Made by a program: the position numbers and the translations under genes
Notes under the pieces: generated by a model
What the model saw: the letters and a program-made list of their open reading frames with translations, nothing else
Databases searched by the model: none
Told to the model about the DNA's origin: nothing
From: Sphingobacteriales bacterium
GTDB lineage: Bacteria > Bacteroidota > Bacteroidia > UKL13-3
Length of the DNA stretch: 64,000 nucleotides
Assembly: GCA_021298155.1 (NCBI GenBank)
Contig: JAJTEN010000003.1
Coordinates: 31,388 to 95,387, forward strand
Direction: 5' to 3'
In this document: positions 1 through 10,020 of the stretch, in pieces
Numbering within the stretch: position 1 is the first letter of the stretch
How the letters are laid out: every line of letters begins with the position of its first letter

Positions 1-1570
1 CATTTAGGTTCCAGGTTTTCTCTGGTTCTAGATTTTCAGCCAGTACTACCTCCCTTGCACCAGTGAGGGCAGCATGGTCTTCTGTAAATAAATTTACAAT
101 TCTAAAACCATTTCCTGCACTCACTCGTAAGGTATGGTTTGAATGTATTTGCCATTTATAATTTGCCCGGGGAGAAAAGATTAAACCATGAAAATCATAA
201 TAATCTAATCTGCCTCCCAATAAAATAGTATTTCGAGGATTAGGAGAATATTCATCTTGTATAAAAACGCCGGGAATTAGAAACTGTTGAGTAGCAGAAT
301 TCCTAAATTTAACGGGTGCATTGTCTTGATACCTGGTATATCGTAAGGTAAGACCATTTAATAACCTATGCTTTGAGGAGAGCTTTTTATCATACAATAA
401 TTGGTTAAACCAACCTATTTGTTGTGCCAATAAAACGGTATTCCCATATGCAGCATCTTGGTGATGCATATTGAATGAAAATTGAAATTTAAATGCCTCA
501 TTTATCATTTTAAATGGGTGTAAACCCAATAGTTCAAATCGTTTGGTATGTATAGATTCGCCATATATACTATCACCTCCTCTATACGATTTGTTCCAAT
601 TCATTTCTCCACCAAATCTATCTTCATAGTACAATCGAGCTGCCAGACTACTAGTTTGTTTCTCTTTTCGATTAATTTGCCACTTTCCAAAAATGGAGAG
701 GCGGGTTTGAAGTGGTAAATCGGTAAAATTATCTTTATTTACATCTCTCCGCCAAGCATAATGATAAAGATTCATTCCGTACAAGGCATTTATATTTTTA
801 TTTCGCGATACAATACCTACATCTAAATTTTTCTCTGCATAAGAACTACCATAAAAATTGAGTGCCAATTTAGGGGCAGTTTGGGCAGATTTAGTGATCA
901 CATTAATTAATCCTCCCATTGCCTCACTTCCATAAAGCGTTGCGGCAGGTCCCTTTACCACCTCCACTTTTTCAATCAGTGCGTTAGGAATACCGCTTAA
1001 ACCATAAACAGAAGAAAGTGCACTCACCAGAGGCATGCCATCAATAAGCACCAAGGTATATGGCCCATCCATGCCATTAACTTGAATATCTCCGGTATTA
1101 CACACATTGCAATTGAGCGTAGGCAGCACCCCATTTATCATTTGTAATGATTCAAATAGGTTATTGTTTGGCACCTTTTTAAAAAAATTCTGACTGTAAA
1201 TTTCTACTGGAACGGCAGATTCGGATTTGGTAAGTTCGCGCAAATTTCCGCTAATGGTAACTTCATTCAGCGTATTTGAATGCGGAACTAAGTCAACGAA
1301 TAAATCACCCCTTTTATCGGTCTGAACCCAAATTTTTGTACGTTCAAATCCGATTGCGGAGATTTGAAGTAAAAACTTACCTGGTGGCAATCCAACTAAT
1401 TCAAAAGAGCCATTTGCCTTGGATTGCACTATCTTATTAAGTTCTTGTATACCTACATTGGCAAATTCTATTGGAACATTATTTGAGGTTATTTTCCCTT
1501 TGAGCGTAAACACTTGAGCCCATATTGGATTTAAAACAACAAACAATATACTGAAACATATCCACCTCAT
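1..1570 (-). CDS. TonB-dependent receptor, N-terminal ~523 codons (3' end runs off the left edge; absent from the supplied ORF track)
   Basis: Own translation of the minus strand from the ATG at 1570. Signal peptide MRWICFSILFVVLNPIWAQ. Carboxypeptidase-regulatory-like domain (GKITSNNVPIEFANVGI...GLPPGKFLLQISAIGFE). Plug motif IEKVEVVKGPAATLYGSEAMGGLINVITK. Frame stays open to position 1 (...GFRIVNLFTEDHAALTGAREVVLAENLEPEKTWNLN). Confidence 0.8.
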   Translation of the reverse strand, partial: MRWICFSILFVVLNPIWAQVFTLKGKITSNNVPIEFANVGIQELNKIVQSKANGSFELVGLPPGKFLLQISAIGFERTKIWVQTDKRGDLFVDLVPHSNTLNEVTISGNLRELTKSESAVPVEIYSQNFFKKVPNNNLFESLQMINGVLPTLNCNVCNTGDIQVNGMDGPYTLVLIDGMPLVSALSSVYGLSGIPNALIEKVEVVKGPAATLYGSEAMGGLINVITKSAQTAPKLALNFYGSSYAEKNLDVGIVSRNKNINALYGMNLYHYAWRRDVNKDNFTDLPLQTRLSIFGKWQINRKEKQTSSLAARLYYEDRFGGEMNWNKSYRGGDSIYGESIHTKRFELLGLHPFKMINEAFKFQFSFNMHHQDAAYGNTVLLAQQIGWFNQLLYDKKLSSKHRLLNGLTLRYTRYQDNAPVKFRNSATQQFLIPGVFIQDEYSPNPRNTILLGGRLDYYDFHGLIFSPRANYKWQIHSNHTLRVSAGNGFRIVNLFTEDHAALTGAREVVLAENLEPEKTWNLN

Positions 1571-1693
1571 GGGGTACAAAAATGAACAATTTTTAGAAAA
1601 TACAAAATATATTTTTAGACTTATCTAAAAATTATTTAAAGTGGGTTTAAATAAAAAACGAATCAAATGCTTCCATGCAACTTAAAGAATATG

Positions 1694-1701
1694 TAAATTT
1701 G
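1694..1701 (+). promoter_or_regulatory. Bacteroidota-type -7 promoter box (TAAATTTG) upstream of aroE
   Basis: Exact match to the TAnnTTTG consensus, about 40 nt upstream of the aroE ATG, in an AT-rich divergent intergenic region. Confidence 0.35.
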
Positions 1702-1742
1702 ACAAAGACTAATCACACAAACCCAAAAGTTACATTTCAAAA

Positions 1743-2492
1743 ATGACCGAAAAAACAAAGTTTGGTTTACTAGGAAATTCATTAAAAAACAGTTTTTCGG
1801 TTGGTTATTTTACTGAGAAATTTAAACAACAAGGCCAAAATTTTACCTATGAGAATTTTGAATTAACAAGCATAAATGAATTTAAACATTTACTTGCCAA
1901 TGAACCCTTGTTAAAAGGTTTAAATGTTACCAAACCATACAAGGAACTTATTATTCCCTTTTTGCATGATTTAGCTGAATCAGCCCGCAGTTGTGGTGCT
2001 GTAAATTGCATTGAAATAAAAGAAAACGGAAGACTGGTTGGCCATAATACAGATATATTTGGATTTAAAATTTCATTAGAAGGAAGTAAAGAATTACAGT
2101 CGAATATCCAGGCCCTAATACTTGGCAATGGTGGAGCAAGTAAAGCTGTAGAAAGCGTATTACACCAGATGCAAATTCCCTATAAAATTGTTGCAAGGAG
2201 AAATAAACGAGATTATTCTTTTGAAGAAATAACAGACGACCTGATTAAACAACATTTATTTATTATCCAAACCACTCCCATTGGAATGTTCCCTGATATA
2301 AACGAAAAACTTCCTTGTGCAATGGATGGAATTACGGATAAACATTTTTGCTACGACCTAATATATTTGCCAAAAGAAACACAGTTTTTAAAGATAGCCA
2401 GAGAAGCAGGAGCCAAAACACTGAATGGATTGAACATGTTGCATGCACAAGCAGATGAATCGTATCGTATTTGGATGAATTCTAAAACTTAA
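1743..2492 (+). CDS. aroE: shikimate dehydrogenase
   Basis: Motifs LKGLNVTKPYK, GAVNCI, GHNTDIFGF and the NADP-binding ILGNGGASKAV; ~249 aa length fits. Confidence 0.8.
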   Translation: MTEKTKFGLLGNSLKNSFSVGYFTEKFKQQGQNFTYENFELTSINEFKHLLANEPLLKGLNVTKPYKELIIPFLHDLAESARSCGAVNCIEIKENGRLVGHNTDIFGFKISLEGSKELQSNIQALILGNGGASKAVESVLHQMQIPYKIVARRNKRDYSFEEITDDLIKQHLFIIQTTPIGMFPDINEKLPCAMDGITDKHFCYDLIYLPKETQFLKIAREAGAKTLNGLNMLHAQADESYRIWMNSKT

Positions 2493-2506
2493 TTACTATT
2501 GCAATC

Positions 2507-3478
2507 ATGGGAATGTTTTACAATTATTGCAAGTGGAATACGCGTGTTTTTTCACATCTCTATTATAAAAATATAAGAATCAGTGGCACCGAAAACATCC
2601 CACTTAGTGGACCAGTGATGTTGGTTGCCAATCATCCAAATTCATTTTTAGACGCCGTTTTAATTGGGGCAGCAATAGATAGACCCACACATTTTTTGGC
2701 GAGAGGAGATGCCTTTAATAACCAATTTGCAGCCAATATTTTGGGTTCATTAAACATGCTACCAGTGTATCGATTATCAGAAGGAAAAGAGAACTTACTT
2801 AAAAACAATGAAACTTTTGATGCCTGCCAGAACATTTTAGAAAACAATAAAATGGTGTTGATTTTTGCAGAAGGCATAAGCGAAAACAATTGGGAACTCA
2901 GACCATTAAAAAAAGGCCCAGCGCGCATTGCAAAAAAAGCTTGGCAAAGTGAAAGTGATGCTAAAAATTTACAAATTATTCCTGTTGGTATTACCTATGA
3001 GCATTTTACGGGGGAAGGAAAAAACATAGTTATAAACTTTGGAAAACCAATTCATAAAACGAGTTTCGACTATGAAAAGAATGAGGCATTATTTGTAAAA
3101 GAGCTTAATGACCGCTTATCAAAAATATTTTACGAATTGGCTTTTATAGACTTTAATATGCATAAAGAAAAAGCGGCTTATTCGCGTTTTTCAGTTGAAT
3201 TAAATGCCTTAACAAAGCAATCAAATTTAAACGGGGAGACTATTATTAGCAGACTGTACAAACCCGAATCTCCCGCAAAAGAAAAAAAGCGAATTAGTTT
3301 TATACAAGCAAGTCTGTTTTTCTTACCCTTCTATAAATTTTGCGATTGGATGGCACCAAAAATAGTAAAGGAAAGCATTTTTTTAGACTCGATAATTTTT
3401 GGCCTATTTATATTGTTATGGCCTATTTATCTTTTGTTAACAGGGAAATTAGCACATTTAATCCTTAATTTTATTTAA
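2507..3478 (+). CDS. PlsC-family lysophospholipid/glycerol-3-phosphate acyltransferase with C-terminal membrane segment
   Basis: HX4D acyltransferase motif NHPNSFLD, FAEGISE block, hydrophobic C-terminus (FIQASLFFLPFY...FGLFILLWPIYLLL). Confidence 0.7.
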   Translation: MGMFYNYCKWNTRVFSHLYYKNIRISGTENIPLSGPVMLVANHPNSFLDAVLIGAAIDRPTHFLARGDAFNNQFAANILGSLNMLPVYRLSEGKENLLKNNETFDACQNILENNKMVLIFAEGISENNWELRPLKKGPARIAKKAWQSESDAKNLQIIPVGITYEHFTGEGKNIVINFGKPIHKTSFDYEKNEALFVKELNDRLSKIFYELAFIDFNMHKEKAAYSRFSVELNALTKQSNLNGETIISRLYKPESPAKEKKRISFIQASLFFLPFYKFCDWMAPKIVKESIFLDSIIFGLFILLWPIYLLLTGKLAHLILNFI

Positions 3479-4501
3479 TCCCATTAATGCCAGCATCCAA
3501 TTGGGTAATGGCTTATCTTGACCACGTTTTTTAAGGTTAAGATACCAACCAAATTTCTTTAAAATTGGCACTTTATGTGTTTCAACCATTTCAATTAATG
3601 TACCATCTGGGTCTTCTACATAGGCAAAACGACCACCAGATTCGCCCATATCAAAAGTATCTCCACTATCTACTGTTAGCGGGTAATTAAGTTTGTTTAA
3701 ATTTTTACCTAAGCGATCTAAATTTGGAACATCAAAACATAGATGAATAAAGCCTATGTCGCCCCAAAAACGATTTTCAAATAACTTAATGGGTATTCTA
3801 TCCAGGCTCTGAATCAGCTCAATTTGAATATCTCCCAAAAGCTTGCTAAATGGCGCCGTATTTGGATTTTTATAGCGCAATAAAACCCTTCTGAATCTTT
3901 GATTTTTATATGCGTCACCCAAATCATCAAATGTTCCACTTACATCATAGATTAGCTCGTTAATTCCCAGACCATTTTGATAAAAAGCAATAGAAAAATC
4001 CATATTACTAACACCTATAACAGCACCACAAAAGCCACCTTTCATAAAATTCTTATTCTTAAACCAAGAATTATCATGAACTACCTGATAGGCATTATCA
4101 TCTTCATCCTTCAACCAAAATGAATCATTTCCTTGAGGATCTTTTGATATAGGAGAACATGCCTGATTTTGAATAATATCTTCATGCGCCAAAAGATGGT
4201 TATTGGTTTTAAGCTTTACGGCATTTATTCCTAGATCGCCCCACTGCATAATGGGACCTTTCATACCTTTGCGACTGGTAAACTGCCAAATTTCTGCTCC
4301 CCCACCCCCATTCATATTCATGGCTAAAATAGCTCTCCTACTTTGCACCACACCACCTGTATAATTTGTCATGAGTGGTGCTACTGCCTCATCATCAAAG
4401 ATCTGAACATTTACACCAAAAATTTTCCTTAACCATTTAAATTTTGCCGGAGAATCGCTACAACCGATTCCTACTTGCTGTATGCCTGACACATATCCCA
4501 T
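3458..4501 (-). CDS. VOC (glyoxalase/bleomycin-resistance/dioxygenase) superfamily-like protein, two-domain
   Basis: Repeated beta-alpha-beta-like blocks (GIQQVGIGCSD..., FAYVEDPDGTLIEMVE) typical of VOC proteins. Family assignment is by resemblance only. 3' end overlaps the convergent plsC-like gene by 21 nt. Confidence 0.45.
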   Translation of the reverse strand: MGYVSGIQQVGIGCSDSPAKFKWLRKIFGVNVQIFDDEAVAPLMTNYTGGVVQSRRAILAMNMNGGGGAEIWQFTSRKGMKGPIMQWGDLGINAVKLKTNNHLLAHEDIIQNQACSPISKDPQGNDSFWLKDEDDNAYQVVHDNSWFKNKNFMKGGFCGAVIGVSNMDFSIAFYQNGLGINELIYDVSGTFDDLGDAYKNQRFRRVLLRYKNPNTAPFSKLLGDIQIELIQSLDRIPIKLFENRFWGDIGFIHLCFDVPNLDRLGKNLNKLNYPLTVDSGDTFDMGESGGRFAYVEDPDGTLIEMVETHKVPILKKFGWYLNLKKRGQDKPLPNWMLALMGLNKIKD

Positions 4502-4503
4502 AT

Positions 4504-5301
4504 TTATGCTAACTTTAATTTTTTCACTAATTTAATAAACAATGAAGGCCACAATTTCCTCAATACAATCAATATCATTTCCTTTTGAACAATGTACACC
4601 TTACGCTTATTTTTTTGGATACCTGCAATAATTTTGGCAGCACACACATCTGCTGGAATTCCGTTTAGTTGGCCATCATCCATTTTATTGTGCGAACTGC
4701 CATCTCCTTTGAGTGCGGCACTTGAAATATTTGTTTGAATTCTACCGGGTGAGACTGTGGTGAAATGAATATTATTACGCGTATTTTCGAGCATCCACGA
4801 TTCAAAAAATCCTTCAAGCGCATGTTTTGAAGCCGAATAAGCACTTCGCTGTGGGAAACCAAAAGTACCAACTACCGAACTTATTAATACGATATTTGCA
4901 TGAGCAGAGTTGCAGAGTAGCGGCCATAATTGTTTAGTTAAGTGAACTTGGCCAAAAAAATTAACCTCCATGATTCGCCTATCAACTTGCAAGGCTGTTT
5001 CCTCTGCTTGGGAGCGCTGACTAATTCCTGCGTTATTAATTAAAACATCAATTTGAGCATACTTTTCTCGCACCTGTTCAGAAAATTGCCTAATTGAATC
5101 TTCACTAGAAACATCAAGTAAATATATTTCACAATTTGCACCTTTTTTGAGACATTCGATTTGCACCTGAGCTAATTTCTCAGTATTTCTGGCTGCCAAT
5201 AGAATGCTTACCTCTTTGTCGGCCATAGCTATTGCCAAAGCTCTTCCAATACCCGAAGATGCACCCGTTATTAGTATGTTTTTTTTTGAAAAATAGCTCA
5301 T
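4504..5301 (-). CDS. short-chain dehydrogenase/reductase (SDR) family oxidoreductase
   Basis: TGASSGIGRA cofactor motif, NNAG, catalytic YSASKHAL (YxxxK). I prefer the ATG at 5301 (MSYFSKKNILITG...) over the track's TTG at 5325. Confidence 0.85.
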   Translation of the reverse strand: MSYFSKKNILITGASSGIGRALAIAMADKEVSILLAARNTEKLAQVQIECLKKGANCEIYLLDVSSEDSIRQFSEQVREKYAQIDVLINNAGISQRSQAEETALQVDRRIMEVNFFGQVHLTKQLWPLLCNSAHANIVLISSVVGTFGFPQRSAYSASKHALEGFFESWMLENTRNNIHFTTVSPGRIQTNISSAALKGDGSSHNKMDDGQLNGIPADVCAAKIIAGIQKNKRKVYIVQKEMILIVLRKLWPSLFIKLVKKLKLA

Positions 5302-5377
5302 TAGTTTTAGTTCAAACAATTGCAAAATACGGTATTACCATTAAAATTAATAGGGTTTACAATTTGTTTATTCATAT

Positions 5378-5977
5378 TCAAAACAACTGCAACTGAGTTG
5401 GAAGTAATTTAAATGACAATCTATGAAAAGGTGTTACACCAAATTTGCTTATGGCCGCGCGATGAGATACAGTTGGGTAACCCATATTTTTATCCCAAGC
5501 ATATGCCGGAAATTCTTGGTGAATTTCTTTCATGTAATCATCGCGGTAGGTTTTAGCCAAAATGGAAGCCGCAGCTATGGCTTGGAAGCGCGCATCGCCT
5601 TTAATCTCACATTGATGCGGAATACCCTCATACGGAATAAACCTATTTCCATCTATAAGCAATAATTGCGGTTTTACTTGCAGTAGTTTAATAGCTTTAT
5701 GCATGGCCAAAAAGGATGATTTAAGAATGTTAAATTGGTCTATTTCTGCATTAGTTAGCGAGGCAACCGCAAATGCCAATGCTTTATCCTCAATTTCTGG
5801 GCGTAATGAATACCGCATGGCATCGCTTAGTTTTTTAGAATCATCCAAACCCTTGATTCTCTTTTTAGGATTTAAAATAACAGCAGCTGCGTATACCGGA
5901 CCCGCTAAACAGCCTCTGCCTGCCTCATCGCAACCCGCTTCTATCAAACTATTTTGAGAAAATTGAATTAGTGCCAT
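5378..5977 (-). CDS. rnhB: ribonuclease HII
   Basis: GCDEAGRGCLAGPVYAAAV and DDSKKLS active-site blocks; ~199 aa. Confidence 0.9.
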   Translation of the reverse strand: MALIQFSQNSLIEAGCDEAGRGCLAGPVYAAAVILNPKKRIKGLDDSKKLSDAMRYSLRPEIEDKALAFAVASLTNAEIDQFNILKSSFLAMHKAIKLLQVKPQLLLIDGNRFIPYEGIPHQCEIKGDARFQAIAAASILAKTYRDDYMKEIHQEFPAYAWDKNMGYPTVSHRAAISKFGVTPFHRLSFKLLPTQLQLF

Positions 5978-6071
5978 GTTTTGGTTCAGCCTAAAAAATT
6001 ATTTTTAAAAAACTATGATGCAAAGTTTACACGAATCAATAAATTTACAGCGATAATGCCAAGTAAGGCTC

Positions 6072-7526
6072 ATGAAAAAAACCTTTATTAGCAATTTTAT
6101 TTTGCTCATGTCTGTTAATCTGCTGATTAAACCCTTTTGGATATTGGGTATAGACAGAGGTGTGCAAAATGCTGTAGGCTATGAACAATACGGCATCTAC
6201 AGCAATTTGTTTGCATTTTCAATGTTATTTATAACCTTACTCGATTTAGGTATCAACAGCTATACATCATCCAATATAGCGAAAGACCCTCAAAAATTGA
6301 AGGAAGAATTTATTGCCTTAACAGGATTTAAATTAGGTTCTAGTATAATCTATTTAATTTTAACCTTGGTATTGGGTATGGCTATTGGTTACCCTGCCGA
6401 CAGAATTCAATTATTATGGGTTTTTGGACTCAACCAAATTTTAAGTTATTTCTATACTTTTTTTAGAAGCATAGTGGGTGGCTTGCAACGGTTTAGAGCT
6501 GACGCATTTTTGTCTGTGGTAGATAGGTTGCTAATGATTATTTTATGTGCCTTCATGCTTTGGTTTGGGGTAGTTGAAATGGATATCAGTAAATTTATTT
6601 GGGCGCAAACTTTTGCCTATTCGAGTGCTGTAATTATTTCATTTATTGTAATAAAACCACACCTAATTGGATTAAATTATGCCATAAATTGGCTGGCATT
6701 TAAAAAAATCATTATCCAAATGTTACCCTATGCATTGCTTTCTTTGTTAATGACCTTCTACACCAGATTAGATGTAGTGCTTATACCCAAAATACTAACT
6801 GATGGAGATATCCAAAATGGTATTTATGCCTCTGCCTACAGATTATTAGAAGCAGCAAATATGATGGCAGCTCTGGTAGCTATGCTGCTATTACCTATGT
6901 TTTCAAAGATGATTGCAAATAAATTAGACCTAAAACCTTTGGTTCAATTTAGTACTGGCCTATTATTAATTCCATCGTTTACATTTTGTTTGATTGCTTA
7001 TTTTTATCAAGAACCAATAATACATTTGCTTAACTCTCAAAGCACAGATTATGCTGCGGCCATTTTTGGATTGGTTATTCTTTGTTTTTTCCCTTTATGC
7101 GCCATGTATATTTATGGCACTTTGTTAACTGCAAATGGAAATTTTAAAATACTCAATTTCCTCGCCGCTATTGCTTTACTTATAAATCTCGGTTTAAATA
7201 TTTGGCTAATTCCTACTCACAAAGCATATGGAGCAGCAATTGCAGCACTTTGCACCCAAAGTTTTATCGGACTCAGCAATTTTATCATAGGGAAACGTAT
7301 GCTAAAAATAGATTTTGATAAACAATTTATGCAAAATTTTCTGTTAGCTATTCTTGGTATTAGTATAAGTATGTATGTATCATTCTACTTTGAATTACTT
7401 TGGTGGCAATCTAGCCTGTGTTTGGGTTTTATTACCATTATGTTAATGTTTGCATTAAAAATCATAGATTTACAAAGGGCATTTACCCTTATAAAATCTA
7501 GTTCAAGTGAAAAAAGCGGTATATAG
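6072..7526 (+). CDS. polysaccharide/oligosaccharide flippase (Wzx-like, MOP superfamily)
   Basis: 484 aa, about 12-14 hydrophobic helices throughout. Sits next to chain-length determinant-like and O-antigen-polymerase/ligase-like genes. Confidence 0.65.
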   Translation: MKKTFISNFILLMSVNLLIKPFWILGIDRGVQNAVGYEQYGIYSNLFAFSMLFITLLDLGINSYTSSNIAKDPQKLKEEFIALTGFKLGSSIIYLILTLVLGMAIGYPADRIQLLWVFGLNQILSYFYTFFRSIVGGLQRFRADAFLSVVDRLLMIILCAFMLWFGVVEMDISKFIWAQTFAYSSAVIISFIVIKPHLIGLNYAINWLAFKKIIIQMLPYALLSLLMTFYTRLDVVLIPKILTDGDIQNGIYASAYRLLEAANMMAALVAMLLLPMFSKMIANKLDLKPLVQFSTGLLLIPSFTFCLIAYFYQEPIIHLLNSQSTDYAAAIFGLVILCFFPLCAMYIYGTLLTANGNFKILNFLAAIALLINLGLNIWLIPTHKAYGAAIAALCTQSFIGLSNFIIGKRMLKIDFDKQFMQNFLLAILGISISMYVSFYFELLWWQSSLCLGFITIMLMFALKIIDLQRAFTLIKSSSSEKSGI

Positions 7527-7555
7527 GGTAATTTTTATATTTTTGCGAAACTGTT

Positions 7556-8566
7556 ATGAATAAGAAAAAGAAACAATATTACTTTGAGCTCATAGATGTT
7601 TTTCACTTCATTATTAAATGGAGGAAAAAACTAATCATTATTTGCAGCGTATCGGCGTTACTTTCCATTATAGTATCGAGTCCGTGGATTATTAAACCAA
7701 AGTACAAATCGACTGCTGTTTTTTATCCATCCATGAACAATTCTATTTCATCTGCATTATTAACAGATAGTAGGGTTAAGCAGAAAGACCCTTTAGAATT
7801 TGGAGAACAGGTTGCTGCGCAACAATATGTGCAAATTTTGGAATCAGATTACCTAAAAGGCAAAGTAATACAACGGTATAATCTAATAGAACATTATAGA
7901 ATTGACCCAAATGACCCAGAAAAGAATTACAAATTGGGTAAAAAATATGATAAAAACATAAGCGTAAAGAAAACACCTTATGCTTCCATTGAAATTAGCG
8001 TATTGGATGAAAATCCAGATATTGCCGCAGAAGTTGCCAATGGTATTGTGATGATTCTGGATAGTGTAAAAACAGAGGTACAGCGAAAACTGGCCATGCA
8101 AGCACTATACATTATTGAAACTGAATATAAACGTAAAGAAGAAGAAATAAACACAATTAAGGCACGCATGCAAGAACTTGGCGCAAAAGGTGTTTACAAT
8201 GTAGAAGAACAAGCCAAAGCAATTACCGAGATTATTGGCAAGGTTGGAATTAATGAAAATATACGTCAACAGCAAAATAACCTAGCCACTTTCGGAGCCG
8301 AATCTCAATCCTTAACCAGTACATTGGAGTTGCAAGTTGAACAAATGAATGAGTTAAAAAAGAAATTGGATCAAGCTAAAATAGATGTTGAAGGTAATTT
8401 AAGTAATGTATTTATTTTACAAAATGCTTCACCTGCAGAACGTAAATCTTATCCATTGCGCTCCCTCATTGTAATTAGTTCTATTTTAGGTTCATTTCTA
8501 TTGGCATGTATTGTTTTGTTATTTGTTGAGAAATTTAGTCAGCAAAAACACAACTTAATTTCTTAA
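7556..8566 (+). CDS. polysaccharide chain-length determinant (Wzz/GumC-like) protein
   Basis: N-terminal TM after a Wzz-like block (IDVFHFIIKWRKKLIIICSVSALL), long coiled-coil-rich central region, C-terminal TM (LIVISSILGSFLLACIVLLFV). Confidence 0.55.
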   Translation: MNKKKKQYYFELIDVFHFIIKWRKKLIIICSVSALLSIIVSSPWIIKPKYKSTAVFYPSMNNSISSALLTDSRVKQKDPLEFGEQVAAQQYVQILESDYLKGKVIQRYNLIEHYRIDPNDPEKNYKLGKKYDKNISVKKTPYASIEISVLDENPDIAAEVANGIVMILDSVKTEVQRKLAMQALYIIETEYKRKEEEINTIKARMQELGAKGVYNVEEQAKAITEIIGKVGINENIRQQQNNLATFGAESQSLTSTLELQVEQMNELKKKLDQAKIDVEGNLSNVFILQNASPAERKSYPLRSLIVISSILGSFLLACIVLLFVEKFSQQKHNLIS

Positions 8567-8571
8567 AATAC

Positions 8572-10020
8572 TTGGACGTAGCAGTTAAAAAGAAGTGGCT
8601 CATTGGGTCTGGATTGCTTTTTATCCTGCTCAATAGCATCGGGATTGCATTTGAGTTTTACTGGGCTCCAATATTGCCTGCCTTAGCAGTGCTTTTTTTA
8701 CTTGCTTTACTAAAATTAGACCTATTAATTATTGTGCTGGTTTTTCTGGTGCCGCTCTCGGTAAACATTGAAGATGTAGTTTTAGGTATGGGACTTTCAT
8801 TACCGGCAGAACCTCTTATTATTGGCATTTTTCTCCTGGTTATTTATAAATTCACCATAGACGGCACCTATGATTTTAATGTACTAAAACATCCTATTAG
8901 TATTGCCATACTCATTAATATGGTGTGGATACTCATTACCACTTTTACCAGCATGGAAAAAATAGTTAGTTTTAAGTTTTTTCTAAGCAGATCTTGGTTT
9001 CTGGTAGTTTTTTACTTTTTAGCTGTGGTACTGTTTAAACACATAGGTGCAATCAAAAATTACCTATGGGCCTATATGATTCCGCTCGCTTTTGTGATTA
9101 TTTTCACACTTGTGAAGCACAGCAAAGATGATTTTTCTCAAATTTCATCATTTGAAGTAATGGCTCCATTTTATATTGCTCATGGGATTTATGCTGCAGC
9201 TATCGCTTTTTTTATTCCACTTTTGGCAATATGGACAATTTTAGGATTTAGGTTAAACCTCAACTTTTCGAGTGTACTGTTATCTGCTGGATTTTTGGGA
9301 TTATTTGGGATTGGACTCATTTTAAGTTACACAAGGGCTGGGTGGATTAGCTTGGTTGCAGCCATTATTTTTGGAATAGCCATGTTATTTCGATTGCGAT
9401 TATGGCATATGTTGGGTATTTTAATTGTATTAACAGGTTTGGTAATGGCTAATTTTGATGATATTTTTTTTCAATTATATCAAAACAAACAAAATTCAGC
9501 TGAAGGGATTGAAAAACATCTAGAATCGGTATCCAATGTTCGAAACGACGTTTCTAATTTAGAACGAGTAAATAGATGGGCAGCCGCCATAAATATGGTA
9601 AAAGAAAAGCCTATATTTGGTTTTGGACCTGGCGCCTATTCTTTTACCTATGCCCCATACCAAGATCCTGAATTTAAAACACCTATTACCACGGCGTTTG
9701 GCGATCAAGGGCATGCTCATTCAGAATATTTAAACCCATTGTCAGAAAGTGGATGGATAGGCTTATTTAGTTTTTTAGCTATCCTTTACTTTGTTTTTCA
9801 ACGTGGATTATTTTTGGTCTATCATGGTAGAAACGTTGAAGTTAAACTTATGAGTGCAGCAATTTTACTTGGCTTAGTAACGTATTTATCGCACGGCTTA
9901 CTCAATAGTTACAGCGAACAGGACAAAATAGCTGTGTTGTTTTGGGGATTTATTGCAATGATTACTGCATTAGATTTATACCACCAACAAAATGAAGATA
10001 CGGCAGAAGTTATCGATTAA
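8572..10020 (+). CDS. O-antigen ligase/polymerase family (Wzy_C-type) membrane protein
   Basis: Polytopic membrane protein with a large loop late in the sequence (SYTRAGWISLVAA...NRWAAAINMVKEKPIFGFGPGAY...HAHSEYL) characteristic of the O-antigen ligase family. TTG start 6 nt after the upstream stop. Confidence 0.6.
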   Translation: MDVAVKKKWLIGSGLLFILLNSIGIAFEFYWAPILPALAVLFLLALLKLDLLIIVLVFLVPLSVNIEDVVLGMGLSLPAEPLIIGIFLLVIYKFTIDGTYDFNVLKHPISIAILINMVWILITTFTSMEKIVSFKFFLSRSWFLVVFYFLAVVLFKHIGAIKNYLWAYMIPLAFVIIFTLVKHSKDDFSQISSFEVMAPFYIAHGIYAAAIAFFIPLLAIWTILGFRLNLNFSSVLLSAGFLGLFGIGLILSYTRAGWISLVAAIIFGIAMLFRLRLWHMLGILIVLTGLVMANFDDIFFQLYQNKQNSAEGIEKHLESVSNVRNDVSNLERVNRWAAAINMVKEKPIFGFGPGAYSFTYAPYQDPEFKTPITTAFGDQGHAHSEYLNPLSESGWIGLFSFLAILYFVFQRGLFLVYHGRNVEVKLMSAAILLGLVTYLSHGLLNSYSEQDKIAVLFWGFIAMITALDLYHQQNEDTAEVID